Source: Candidatus Lustribacter sp.
Lineage (GTDB): Bacteria > Vulcanimicrobiota > Vulcanimicrobiia > Vulcanimicrobiales > Vulcanimicrobiaceae
Length of the DNA stretch: 64,000 bases
Direction: 5' to 3'
NCBI GenBank assembly: GCA_965277805.1
Contig: OZ255842.1
Span: forward strand, 512,001 to 576,000
Part shown: piece after piece, positions 38,844 to 48,493 of the stretch
Layout: each line of letters begins with the position of its first letter
Position numbering within the stretch: the first letter of the stretch is position 1
Made by a program: the position numbers and the translations under genes
The notes under the pieces: generated by a model
The model's input: the letters and a program-made list of their open reading frames with translations, nothing else
Told to the model about the DNA's origin: nothing
Database searches by the model: none

Positions 38844-40115
38844 ATGCTCAGTCGAGCCGATAACGAACTGATCACGGCGGTGGGGCCGGGCACGCCGATG
38901 GGCAACGCAATGCGCGAGTACTGGCTGCCGGCCGTGCGTTCGGACGAAGTCGATGCCGACGGCGCACCGCTGCGCGTTCGCATGCTCGGCGAAGATCTGA
39001 TCGCGTTCCGTGACTCGACGGGCCGGGTGGGGCTCGTGGAGGCGTTTTGCCCGCACCGCCGCGCGCCGATGTTCTTCGGACGCAACGAAGAAGACGGCAT
39101 TCGCTGCGTCTATCACGGCTGGAAATTCGATGTCGGCGGACGCTGTACCGATATGCCGAGCGAGCCGCCGGACTCACTGTTCAAAGACAAGGTTCGCATC
39201 GGCGCATATCCGTGCCGGGAACGTAACGGCGTCGTTTGGACCTATATGGGCACGCGCACCCAGTTGCCCGAACTGCCGGCCCTGGAATGGAACCTCGTTC
39301 CCGAGCCTCAGCGATACATGACGAAGCGCGTTCAGAACTGCAATTACGTGCAGGCGATGGAAGGCGGTATCGATCCCAGTCACGTGTCGTTTCTGCACGG
39401 AACGCTCCAGCACGATCCGGGCAACATCTTCCAGCTCGACCGCAGCCCGCGCTTCGAGTTGCTCGAGACCGCGTACGGTTTGCGCATCGGCACGTGCCGG
39501 CGCATCGGAGCGGAACGCGTGCACTGGAACATCACGCACTTCATGATGCCGTTTTACAATGCGTTTGCCGTTCCCAACGGTGCAGCCGAACCGTCGATCG
39601 GCGGCTTTGCGTGGGTGCCGATGGACGATACGACGACCATGGCGTGGTGCTTCACTTGGAATCCGGCACGACCGCTCACGGCGGATGAAATCGACGAACG
39701 CACCGCCGTGGAAAGGCTTGGCGGAGGCGTGCACTTACGTCCGCAAGATCTGCTGCCGCCGACCTCGGAGCCGGGCGGCGCGTGGCGGCCGATCGGCAAC
39801 AAGTCGAACGACTATCTACTCGACCGCGAGGCGCAGCGCACGCAGCGGTTCGCGGGCGTCCCCGGCCTTTCGCTGCAAGACGTGTCGCTGCAAGAAGGGA
39901 TGGGCGCGATTTCCGATCGCTCGCGCGAGCATCTCGGTACGAGCGATGCGGCGATCATCAACGCGCGCCGTCTGCTGTTGCGCGCGGCACGCGGCACACT
40001 GCAGGGGCGTGATGAGCCGCAAGCCTATCACGTGCGCGCGTTGGGACTCGCGCTGGTCCCGGAAGAAGACTGGACGGCGGCCGCGGCCTCGTTCGTTACC
40101 CCAGCGGGGGCTTAG
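38844..40115 (+). CDS. Rieske oxygenase alpha subunit (phthalate 4,5-dioxygenase / CbaA-like)
   Basis: GPGTPMG, CPHR...CVYHGW, EGGIDPSHVSFLH, QD..LQEGMG, EHLGTSD. Confidence 0.92.
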   Translation: MLSRADNELITAVGPGTPMGNAMREYWLPAVRSDEVDADGAPLRVRMLGEDLIAFRDSTGRVGLVEAFCPHRRAPMFFGRNEEDGIRCVYHGWKFDVGGRCTDMPSEPPDSLFKDKVRIGAYPCRERNGVVWTYMGTRTQLPELPALEWNLVPEPQRYMTKRVQNCNYVQAMEGGIDPSHVSFLHGTLQHDPGNIFQLDRSPRFELLETAYGLRIGTCRRIGAERVHWNITHFMMPFYNAFAVPNGAAEPSIGGFAWVPMDDTTTMAWCFTWNPARPLTADEIDERTAVERLGGGVHLRPQDLLPPTSEPGGAWRPIGNKSNDYLLDREAQRTQRFAGVPGLSLQDVSLQEGMGAISDRSREHLGTSDAAIINARRLLLRAARGTLQGRDEPQAYHVRALGLALVPEEDWTAAAASFVTPAGA

Positions 40116-42286
40116 CTGCCGTCCCCGGCGTGCAATAGGTTCAGCACGCGCTCGGCCGTAATCGGCAGTTGCTTGAGGCGCACGCCGCACGCATCGAAGA
40201 CCGCGTTGGAGATGGCAGGACCCAGGCCGCCGGTGTTCAGTTCGCCCGCGCTCTTGCCGCCGAACGGGCCCGGTCCTTTTTCGTCGTCCATGAGCACGGC
40301 GCGAAACGGCGGGATGTCGCGCATGCTCGGAAGTTTGTAGTCGGCGAGCGAGAGGTTGACGATGCGGCCGTCCTCGACGATTAGTTCTTCGGTCATCGCG
40401 TGGCCGAAGCCGAACATGAAACCGCCGTCCACCTGGCCGCGAAACGCGACCGGATTGATCATCGTGCCGGTGTCGGCCACGAACGTGATCTGCTGGATGT
40501 CGACAACGCCCGTTTCGCGGTCGACGGCAACTTCAACGGCATAGGCGGCGTAGTTGTTGGCATCGCCGGCGCCGGGAACTTTGCTCGAGTCATAGCTGCC
40601 GACGAATTCGGGCGGCGTCGCCGACGCGCGCGCGAACGCATCGACGGCATCAGGCCACGTCGCGGCCGTGCCGTTCCAGCCGCGCGCGCGCAGCGCTTCG
40701 CTCAACTGTTCGACCGCGTTGAGCGCGGAGTTGCCGACGATGTGCGTGCCGCGGCTGCCGCCGGCGCCCGGATCCTCGCCGGCTTCATCGGTGCCCTTAT
40801 GGACCATGTGAATGCGTTCGAGCTCGATGCCGAGCTGCGCGCTCACGACGCGCTGCACCGCGGTGAGGTTGCCGCCGCCTTGATCGACGATGCCCGTCTG
40901 GATCTCGATCGTGCCGCCGGGACGCGCGATCAGCTTGACGCTGGTTTTGCCGGCGCCCACGTGACGCTTGAAACCGGAGATCCCGCGGCCGCGGCCGGAT
41001 TCGGGCGGCCGGTTCCAATCGGTCTCAACGCGCAAGCGTTCGAGCACGTCGGTCATGCGTTTCTCGGCGGTGTTGGCGATGCGGAACGCAATCGGATCGG
41101 CGCCGATCTCGCGGATGATGATGTCGAGGTGGGATTCAACGGCGAAGAGGATTTGCGTTTCACCAGGCGCGCGGACATGCCCGCCCGGCACGGTGTGGGT
41201 GTACACGCTCATCGCTTCCCAATTCGCATTCGGGATGTGATAGGGGAGCGCGGGCATCGCGTGGACGGCCGGCAGTACGGTCGGAATCGGTTTGCCCGCG
41301 CCGAAAGCGCCGCCGTTGAAGATGATGCGTCCGTTCATCGCCGCGATTTTGCCGTCGGGCGTGATCGCGGTCTTCAGCGTGATCTTGGAGGCGTGCCGGA
41401 CGTTGGTCGAGCGCATGTCGTCGAGGTAGCTGCGCACGGATTTGATCGGGCGTTTCGTCGCGCGCGCCAGAAAGTAGCAGGCGAACTCATCGACCGAGAG
41501 TCCCTTCGCGCCGAAATCGCCGCCGATGTACGCCTGTTCGACGACGATCGATTCGACCGGCAGGCCGGTCGCGATCGAGAGCTGCTTGCGCAGCGCGAAC
41601 GGCGACTTGTTGGTCGAGTAGACGTGCACGATGTCACGCTCGTCGATCCAGACCATCGTCGCGCGCGGTTCGATCGCGGCGCCGAAGTAGCGCGGCGTCG
41701 AGAAGGTATGCTCGAACACGCGATGCGCGCCGGCGAATGCCGCATCGGGATCGCCGTGCGTCTCGCTCAGGTAGCCTTGCATGTTGGGATGCGGCACGGG
41801 CGACCGTTTGCCCGGGATGATGAACGGATACCGTTCGGGATGGGGGTGAATGACCGGGGCGTCCGCGGCGATCGCTTCTTCGGGATCGAAGATCGCCGGC
41901 AGTTCGTCGTACTGCACGTCGACGGCCTGCGCGGCAGCTTGCGCCGCATCGCGCGTTTCGGCCGCCACCGCGACCACGTACTGACCGATGAAGCGTACGA
42001 CGTCCGTCGCGAGCACGGGCCAGTCGAAGAGCGCGCGGCCGAGGTAGTGTTCGCCGATGTCCGTGCCGGTGAGTACCGCGTGCACGCCGGGCATCTCGCG
42101 CGCCGCCTTCGTGTCGATCGCAACGATCCGCGCGTGCGCGACCGGGCTCGAGACGAACGCAGCCCATAGCATGCCGGGCCGGGCGGCATCGGCCGCGTAC
42201 GCCGCAGCGCCCGAGACTTTCGCGCGGCCTTCGACGCGTATCTCGTTGGTGGCAAACGGCGAACGCGCCGGAGCAATCACGGTCAT
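40112..42286 (-). CDS. Xanthine dehydrogenase family molybdopterin-binding large subunit (CoxL-like)
   Basis: KVSGAAAYAAD, SPVAHARI, IGGDFGAKG, RAPG, INP...GQVDGG, ADYKLP, GPFGGKSAGE. Confidence 0.92.
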   Translation of the reverse strand: MTVIAPARSPFATNEIRVEGRAKVSGAAAYAADAARPGMLWAAFVSSPVAHARIVAIDTKAAREMPGVHAVLTGTDIGEHYLGRALFDWPVLATDVVRFIGQYVVAVAAETRDAAQAAAQAVDVQYDELPAIFDPEEAIAADAPVIHPHPERYPFIIPGKRSPVPHPNMQGYLSETHGDPDAAFAGAHRVFEHTFSTPRYFGAAIEPRATMVWIDERDIVHVYSTNKSPFALRKQLSIATGLPVESIVVEQAYIGGDFGAKGLSVDEFACYFLARATKRPIKSVRSYLDDMRSTNVRHASKITLKTAITPDGKIAAMNGRIIFNGGAFGAGKPIPTVLPAVHAMPALPYHIPNANWEAMSVYTHTVPGGHVRAPGETQILFAVESHLDIIIREIGADPIAFRIANTAEKRMTDVLERLRVETDWNRPPESGRGRGISGFKRHVGAGKTSVKLIARPGGTIEIQTGIVDQGGGNLTAVQRVVSAQLGIELERIHMVHKGTDEAGEDPGAGGSRGTHIVGNSALNAVEQLSEALRARGWNGTAATWPDAVDAFARASATPPEFVGSYDSSKVPGAGDANNYAAYAVEVAVDRETGVVDIQQITFVADTGTMINPVAFRGQVDGGFMFGFGHAMTEELIVEDGRIVNLSLADYKLPSMRDIPPFRAVLMDDEKGPGPFGGKSAGELNTGGLGPAISNAVFDACGVRLKQLPITAERVLNLLHAGDGS

Positions 42287-43467
42287 TCTAAGGGATCCTT
42301 GACCATCGGGGTCGTTTGGAACTCGTAGTTCCCGAGCAGCCCATTGCGCCGCTCGGCGCGCATGAAGTAGGCGTTGAGGATGATGTCGCGCGTCGCGGGG
42401 TCGATGGCGATCGGGCCGCGCGGGCTCTCGAACTTCAACATCTTGACGATCTCCATCGTCTTGTCCGGGTCGATCGACCCGTGCTGCGCCTCGATGACTT
42501 TGTAGGCGGCGGCCATCGCGTCGTAGGCGGCGACGGCGATGAAGCTCGGATATTGATTGCCGCCGTATGCGGCGCGGAAGTCCTTCACGAACTGCCGGTT
42601 GAGCGCCGAGTCGTGCGTCGAGGTGTAGTCCGACGTGCTGATAATCCCGACCGCGGCGTCGCCCTCGGCCGGAAGGATCGCTTCGTTGACGAGCGCGCCG
42701 TTCACGAGCACTTTGGTGCCGGCCGCTTCGATGCCGCTCGCCTTGATCGCGCGCAAGAATTCGATGCCGCCGCCGGTGGCGTTGATGAAGGCGTAGAGCA
42801 CCTTCGGTTTGGCGTCTTTGGCGCGCTGCACATAGGCGGTGAAATCTTTGTTGTCAACCGGGATGCGCTCTTCGCCGAGTACGGTGCCGCCGCCGGCGGT
42901 GAAGGCCTTCTCGAACGTCGTGCCCGCGTCGATGCCGGGACCGTAATCCTGGAAGAGCGCGAACATCGTGTTGCCTTGCGTCTTTGCGGCCCAGCGTCCG
43001 AAGGCGTCGGTGATCTGCGCTTGGGTGAAGCCTAGGCGCGCGGTGTACGGCGCTTTGGCCATGATCCCCGACGTCGCCGCGTTGACGATGAAGAACGGGA
43101 CCTTCGCTTGCGTCGAGACCTGCGCCATCGCGATCGCGTTGGGCGTGTACGAGGTGCCGACCAGCAGGTCGACTTTGTCTTGCACGATCTCTTCCTGCGT
43201 CAGCCGGCGCGCGATCTCGGGTGCGATGCCGGTGTCGTCGCGTTTGACGAGCACGATCTTGCGCCCGCCGGCGGTGTCGCCGTGTTCTTTCTGATACGCG
43301 GCGATCGCCGCATCGAATTCCTTGCCTTGTTCGACGTTGTCGCCGCCCGAGAACGAGAACACGATGCCGATCTTGAGCGGCGCCTGCTGCGCGTACGCGG
43401 TGCCGGCGGTGACGAGGGATCCGAGCGCGGTCACAACGAGCGCGAGACGGACGAGACGCTGTCTCAT
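42283..43467 (-). CDS. ABC solute-binding protein, Liv/aromatic-compound type
   Basis: KRDDTGIAPEIARRL, DYGPGID, FESPRGPIAIDPATRD. Confidence 0.88.
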   Translation of the reverse strand: MRQRLVRLALVVTALGSLVTAGTAYAQQAPLKIGIVFSFSGGDNVEQGKEFDAAIAAYQKEHGDTAGGRKIVLVKRDDTGIAPEIARRLTQEEIVQDKVDLLVGTSYTPNAIAMAQVSTQAKVPFFIVNAATSGIMAKAPYTARLGFTQAQITDAFGRWAAKTQGNTMFALFQDYGPGIDAGTTFEKAFTAGGGTVLGEERIPVDNKDFTAYVQRAKDAKPKVLYAFINATGGGIEFLRAIKASGIEAAGTKVLVNGALVNEAILPAEGDAAVGIISTSDYTSTHDSALNRQFVKDFRAAYGGNQYPSFIAVAAYDAMAAAYKVIEAQHGSIDPDKTMEIVKMLKFESPRGPIAIDPATRDIILNAYFMRAERRNGLLGNYEFQTTPMVKDPLE

Positions 43468-43533
43468 GCAAGCCTCCAAGCCAACGCGCCGTTCGACGCG
43501 CGCACTTGCGGTCTTGCCGTGCGAAGCTCGGGT

Positions 43534-44064
43534 TTAGGCGGCGTCGTCGATGCGCGAAACGCGCGGCGTGGCGATCACGGGCGCAACGGCCGGCACGGCG
43601 GGGGCGGCCGGCAACCCGTACACCGAGCTGAAGGCCACCGGGCCGCCGATGAGCGCGACGGCGCCATAGGCTTGGACGAGTTCGCCGCCGTCGCCGTGCA
43701 GAACGGAGTCGGTGGCCGAGGGCTGCGGCGGCGCCACCGTGTTCGGGTTGACGCTCTCCGTCGCCGGGAGCGCCGTCGGACGCGCATCCGTGGTCGTGAT
43801 GCTGGTGGTCGCGGCCGTGGCGGCGGCGATCGCCGGAATGGCGGGGTTCAGGAAGGGCGGGGCGGCCGTGATCGCGGTCGCGGCGTTCCCGCGGGCGGCA
43901 ATGGCGGCTTCCGTTGCAGCGGCGCTCTTGCCGGCGGCCGCGGCCTGCGCTTCGGCGGCCGCGGCGGCGTTCGAGGCGCGCCGTACTCCGTTGAGGTACG
44001 GGCTCAACGCCGCATAGACCGGCGCCGCTCCGCTCCCGATAGGACCAATAGCCCCGACGTTCAT
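43534..44064 (-). CDS. Hypothetical Ala/Pro/Thr-rich low-complexity protein
   Basis: Fills the gap; GC3-biased; TATATT-N6-ATG upstream of 44064. Confidence 0.55.
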   Translation of the reverse strand: MNVGAIGPIGSGAAPVYAALSPYLNGVRRASNAAAAAEAQAAAAGKSAAATEAAIAARGNAATAITAAPPFLNPAIPAIAAATAATTSITTTDARPTALPATESVNPNTVAPPQPSATDSVLHGDGGELVQAYGAVALIGGPVAFSSVYGLPAAPAVPAVAPVIATPRVSRIDDAA

Positions 44065-44118
44065 AGCCTTAATATACCCACGACGGGAGCTCACCAACCA
44101 AACGCGTGGTACGAAGGG

Positions 44119-44304
44119 CTACTTGGGCGCGACCGGGCTCTTGTCGCTGTCGTGCATACCCGGCGGGAGGCCGGTCGGTTCGCTCCGGTTGGGATCGCCG
44201 GTCGCGGGCGCGATGCGCGCGCCGTTGCGGTAGCGCTCGGCCATCTCGTCGGTTGCCGTGCGCTCGGTCTCTGGTGACGGGTCGCGTTTCTTGTCATCCA
44301 TCAT
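44119..44304 (-). CDS. Small hydrophilic hypothetical protein (61 aa)
   Basis: ATG start, coding-like codon usage, fills the gap. Confidence 0.5.
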   Translation of the reverse strand: MMDDKKRDPSPETERTATDEMAERYRNGARIAPATGDPNRSEPTGLPPGMHDSDKSPVAPK

Positions 44305-44351
44305 GCCTAGCGCTTACCCAGGTTTCCGCCATCCCTCGCGAACCACGGCGC

Positions 44352-45359
44352 ATGGACAAGCAACCGGAACCATTGCGCATCGTCGCGCTCGAAGAGCACG
44401 TTTCGTTCAAGCGCTTCAACGCGGAGATCGATCCGCAAGCGATGCGAGCGCGCGGCTTTCTCGGCAACGTCGACAATTGGGCCGGTCCGCGTGTGGCCGC
44501 GCTCGACGACGGTGACGGCGAGCGCCTGCGCTCGATGGACGAAGCCGGCATCACCGTGCAAGTGCTCTCGGTCGTCGGACCGGGCGCCGATATCGTTCCA
44601 CCGGATGCTTCGCCTGATTTTGCGCGCCGGTACAACGATGAGGTGGCGCGGCTCTCGCATTCGCGGCCGGATCGCTTCGCAGCGTTTGCTCACTTGCCCT
44701 TAACGGCGCCCTCCGCGGCCGCGGATGAACTCGAACGCACGGTCCGCGAGCACGGATTCGCCGGCGCGTTGATCAACGGCGTCACCGACGGTAAGTTTCT
44801 CGACGATCCGATTTTCGAACCGGTGCTCGCGCGTGCCGAAGCGCTCGACGTGCCGCTCTACATTCATCCCGGCATTCCGCCCGAGAGCGTGCGCAAAGCC
44901 TATTACGACGGCTTCGAACCACGCATGTCGTCGGTGTTTGCGACGGCCGGCTGGGGCTGGCATGCGGAAACGGCGGTGCACGTGCTGCGCATGGTGCTCT
45001 CGGGCGCGCTCGACCGTCATCCCGGTTTGCGGCTGATCATCGGCCACATGGGGGAGGGGTTACCGACGATGCTGCAGCGCTGCGACGACACGCTCAACCA
45101 ATTCGTCAAAGACCGCAAGCGCGGCATCAGCGAAACGATCCTCGATCAGGTGACGATCACGACCAGCGGTTTCTTCGCACTGGCGCCGTTCATCGCGGGG
45201 CTGCTCACGTTCGGTGCCGACCGCATCATGTTCTCGGTCGACTACCCGTTCGCGTCGAACGCCGACGCGCGCGCCTATCTCGACATGCTTCCGGTTACGC
45301 CGAGCGACAAGATCAAGATCGCGCACGCGAACGCCGATCGCATTCTCAAACTCACCTAA
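44352..45359 (+). CDS. Amidohydrolase_2 family aromatic acid decarboxylase-like protein (gamma-resorcylate / LigW type)
   Basis: IVALEEH, YIHP, GWGWHAET, IGHMGE, MFSVDYPF. Confidence 0.88.
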   Translation: MDKQPEPLRIVALEEHVSFKRFNAEIDPQAMRARGFLGNVDNWAGPRVAALDDGDGERLRSMDEAGITVQVLSVVGPGADIVPPDASPDFARRYNDEVARLSHSRPDRFAAFAHLPLTAPSAAADELERTVREHGFAGALINGVTDGKFLDDPIFEPVLARAEALDVPLYIHPGIPPESVRKAYYDGFEPRMSSVFATAGWGWHAETAVHVLRMVLSGALDRHPGLRLIIGHMGEGLPTMLQRCDDTLNQFVKDRKRGISETILDQVTITTSGFFALAPFIAGLLTFGADRIMFSVDYPFASNADARAYLDMLPVTPSDKIKIAHANADRILKLT

Positions 45360-46621
45360 GCCGGAACGGCGGCGGCGGGCACCGGTGCCGTGCGGCCGAT
45401 GAACAGCACCATCACCGCTGCGATGATGCACAGGATGCCCGACGAGATGAAGGCCGCATCGTAGCTGCCGGTGCCCGTGCGAATCAGGCCCGCGATGAAG
45501 GCGATGCTGCTCGCGCCGAGCTGGTGGCCGGTGAAGATCCAGCCGAACATCATCGGTGCGCGCAAGCGGCCGAAGCGGTTCGTCGTGAGCTTCAGTGTCG
45601 GCGGAACCGTGGCGATCCAATCGAGACCGTAGAACACGGCGAAAATCGGCAAGCCGATGCTCGCGATGCCGAAGGCTTGCGGCAAATAGATCAGCGAGAA
45701 CCCGCGCAAGCCGTAGTACCAGAAGAGCAGCCAGCGCGCGCTGTAGCGATCGGAGAGCCAGCCCGATGCGGTCGTTCCGATCAGATCGAACACGCCCATC
45801 GCCGCGAGCAATCCGGCCGCTTGCACTTCGGGAATGCCGTGATCGCCGCAGGCCGGCACCAGATGCGTGCCGATCAAGCCGTTCGTGCTCGCGCCGCAGA
45901 TGAAGAAGCTGCCGCCGAGCAGCCAAAAATCGCGCGTGCGCAATCCGTCGCGCAGCGCGACGATCGTGTTGACGAAGGGATTGCCGGTCGAACGCTGCGG
46001 CTGCACGACCGCGGTCGCGCCGAGCATCGCGAGGTTCATGTCCGAGGGGTATTCGCGCAAGATCAAGAGCGCGAGCGGCGCCAAGATCGCGCAGACCGCT
46101 GCGATGAAGAGCACTTCGGCGCGCCAGCCGGCCCGGGTGATCAGTAGTCCGAACAACGGCAGAAAGATGAGTTGGCCCGTGGCGTTGCTCGCCGTGAGAA
46201 TGCCCATCACGGTGCCGCGATTCGTTTCGAACCAGCGGTTGACGATCGTTGCCCCGGCGACGAGGCTGATGCTGCCCGCACCGACGCCGACCATGCCGCC
46301 CCACAGCAGCAAGAACTCCCACGATTGCGTCATGAAGATCGACGCGGCCGCGGCCACGGCCATCAGCGCGAGCGCGCCCGCGATCGTGCGGCGTAAGCCG
46401 AAGCGCTCGAACACGCCGGCCGCGAACGGCCCGATCAATCCGAACAAGAGCAGGTTGAGCGCAATCGCGGCCGAGATCGTCGCCGTCGTCCAATGGAATT
46501 CGCTCTGCAGCGGTTGGATGAGCATCGTCGGCGAGGAACGCACGCCGGCGGCGGCGATCAGCAATACGAAGGCGAGCGCCGCAACGATGTAGGCGTAGTG
46601 GAGGCGGGGTCTCGGGGTCAT
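45356..46621 (-). CDS. MFS transporter
   Basis: AAGVRSSP, FFICGAST.GLIGTH, GWLSDR, WYYGLRG, FYGLDWIATVPPT, HQLGA. Confidence 0.9.
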   Translation of the reverse strand: MTPRPRLHYAYIVAALAFVLLIAAAGVRSSPTMLIQPLQSEFHWTTATISAAIALNLLLFGLIGPFAAGVFERFGLRRTIAGALALMAVAAAASIFMTQSWEFLLLWGGMVGVGAGSISLVAGATIVNRWFETNRGTVMGILTASNATGQLIFLPLFGLLITRAGWRAEVLFIAAVCAILAPLALLILREYPSDMNLAMLGATAVVQPQRSTGNPFVNTIVALRDGLRTRDFWLLGGSFFICGASTNGLIGTHLVPACGDHGIPEVQAAGLLAAMGVFDLIGTTASGWLSDRYSARWLLFWYYGLRGFSLIYLPQAFGIASIGLPIFAVFYGLDWIATVPPTLKLTTNRFGRLRAPMMFGWIFTGHQLGASSIAFIAGLIRTGTGSYDAAFISSGILCIIAAVMVLFIGRTAPVPAAAVPA

Positions 46622-46622
46622 C

Positions 46623-47537
46623 TTACGTGTGTGCGGGTCGTTTCGGGGCGACGTAGGAGAGTGCTTCGCGATCCCATCCCGCAACAGACACGCATAGCGC
46701 ATAGATCGCATCGAGGAACGCGCCGAGCTCGGCAGCCGGATCGGCGGCGGTGCGAACCGCGTCGTACGGCAGCACCCACTCCTTAATGGTGTCCGACCAT
46801 GCGGCGGTTGCAGGAGCTATCGGAAGCTCCGGTGCCTCGTCCGGTTGCGGATAGATATAGCCGTAGAAGAACGGCGCGTTCGTTTCGTCGCCGGGCCAGA
46901 AGCCGGCGTTCATCAGCTCGGCGTCGAGATCGTAGCGCAGCAAATAGCCGCGGTCGGCCGGTGCCTGCGCGTGCTTGCCGTTGAAGAGCATTAGCGAGAC
47001 GTCGAGTGCGCCCCACCAGAGCTGGATGCCGTTACGGCCGAAGAAGCGCGCGCGCCACGCATCGAAGACGCCGGCGGTCGCGGTGGCGACGCGGAACCAG
47101 CGTTCTACCGCCGCCGGATCGTACGCCGCCGGCCGGCGATCGGCGTCGAACGGCGTGACGTCGGCGACTTCTTGCGGGACCGGTGAGAGCGTCACGTCGA
47201 CGCCGAGGGCCTTCAGCGCCGCGAGGAGATCGGCATAAACGTCGGCGATCGTGGGCGCCGGAACGAGTGCGATGCGCCGGCTGCGTCCATCGCTCAACGC
47301 GAGAACGAGTTCCGAGGAGAAGACGTCGAGCGAGCCCTCGAGCGATCGTCCGTGCCAGGGCATCGGGCCGGTCGTGATGCCGTGCGCCGTCAGATACAGT
47401 GCGGTGAACATCCAGTTCGGCTGCGGCGGCGACAAAGCGACGCGCAACTTGCCGAGCATCTGCGTGTAGAGATGCAGGCTCTTCTTCGTCGGCGCCCACG
47501 CCTTCGGATCGAGTTCGGGCCAGACGACGTCGCTCAC
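46623..47537 (-). CDS. DUF5996-family protein
   Basis: WPEL...W..T...LHLYTQMLGK, GITTGP, LWWGALD, AGFWPG, FYGYIYPQP, LPYDAVR. Confidence 0.8.
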   Translation of the reverse strand: MSDVVWPELDPKAWAPTKKSLHLYTQMLGKLRVALSPPQPNWMFTALYLTAHGITTGPMPWHGRSLEGSLDVFSSELVLALSDGRSRRIALVPAPTIADVYADLLAALKALGVDVTLSPVPQEVADVTPFDADRRPAAYDPAAVERWFRVATATAGVFDAWRARFFGRNGIQLWWGALDVSLMLFNGKHAQAPADRGYLLRYDLDAELMNAGFWPGDETNAPFFYGYIYPQPDEAPELPIAPATAAWSDTIKEWVLPYDAVRTAADPAAELGAFLDAIYALCVSVAGWDREALSYVAPKRPAHT

Positions 47538-47545
47538 GTGCAGCG

Positions 47546-48493
47546 TCAGGGTTTCACGGCGGCCGGGCTGATGATGTCGGCGGCGGGAAAGGAGTGCTCG
47601 ATCAACGCGTACTTGGCAGCGATGTCGATCAGCGGTTGCAGCGCACGCGGGTCGAGGTACGCGGCGCTCAGGGCGCGATGGCTTTGACGGATCGAATCCG
47701 GCGTTGCGCCCGTGAAGCCGGCAACGATGTCGACGGTCTGGTCCGGATGCGTATTCGTGAAGACCGTCGCCTCGTGCATCGCGCGCGCGAAGCGTTCGTA
47801 GACGTCGCGATTGGCATCGACCGTGGGCGCGAGAACGGCGAAGCCCGCGGTGTCGACCGGCGTGCCGAGGACGCTGTAGGGATGGGCGAGTTCGCGCACC
47901 TGGCCCGATGAGAGCGCCTGACTCGCGAGCGGATCGGTGAGCATCACGACATCGGCACGATGCTGCTCGAGTAAGCCGAGCCCGGCCGACGCCGGCGTCT
48001 CGATCTGCTGGATCGTTTTCGAATCGCCGCCGGTCTTATCGACCCAGTACATGAAGATCGCCGAATTGATGTCGTGGAGCGCCGGCGAGGCAAAGGTCTT
48101 GCCGGTGAGATCGCGAGCGTTCGCGATCGGGGAGTCTTTCAAGACGAGAACTTTGGACAGCGAGTTCTTCGCGGTCGTATAGCCGCCCGGCGTGAGATAT
48201 TGGATCGGGATGCTGTGCGCGCGCGCCTGAATGACGATCGCGGTGTTGGTAAATGCAACCTCCGCTCCGCCCCCGCTCAACGCGGCGGCGGCAGCAGCTC
48301 CGTTGGCGACGAGCGAGGTCTGCACGTCGAGCCCGTACTTGCGGAAGATGCCGGATTTGACGCCGTAGAACACGCTCGTGAACCCGTCGTTGGCCGGCCC
48401 GATCACGCGCACCGTGGCGAGCGTCTGGCCGTCGAGCGGTGCCGTGCTTCCGAGCAGGATCAGACCCAATACGAGCGCGAGCAAACGCAGCAT
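47546..48493 (-). CDS. ABC solute-binding protein, NitT/TauT type
   Basis: GIFRKYGLDV, NGAAAAAALSGG, ARDLTGKT, QPLIDIAAKY. Confidence 0.85.
   Translation of the reverse strand: MLRLLALVLGLILLGSTAPLDGQTLATVRVIGPANDGFTSVFYGVKSGIFRKYGLDVQTSLVANGAAAAAALSGGGAEVAFTNTAIVIQARAHSIPIQYLTPGGYTTAKNSLSKVLVLKDSPIANARDLTGKTFASPALHDINSAIFMYWVDKTGGDSKTIQQIETPASAGLGLLEQHRADVVMLTDPLASQALSSGQVRELAHPYSVLGTPVDTAGFAVLAPTVDANRDVYERFARAMHEATVFTNTHPDQTVDIVAGFTGATPDSIRQSHRALSAAYLDPRALQPLIDIAAKYALIEHSFPAADIISPAAVKP

Noticed and set aside
40112-42286. Aerobic CO dehydrogenase
   Set aside because: Lacks the AYxCSFR or AYxGAGR loop (has HVRAPG) and there is no coxM/coxS nearby.
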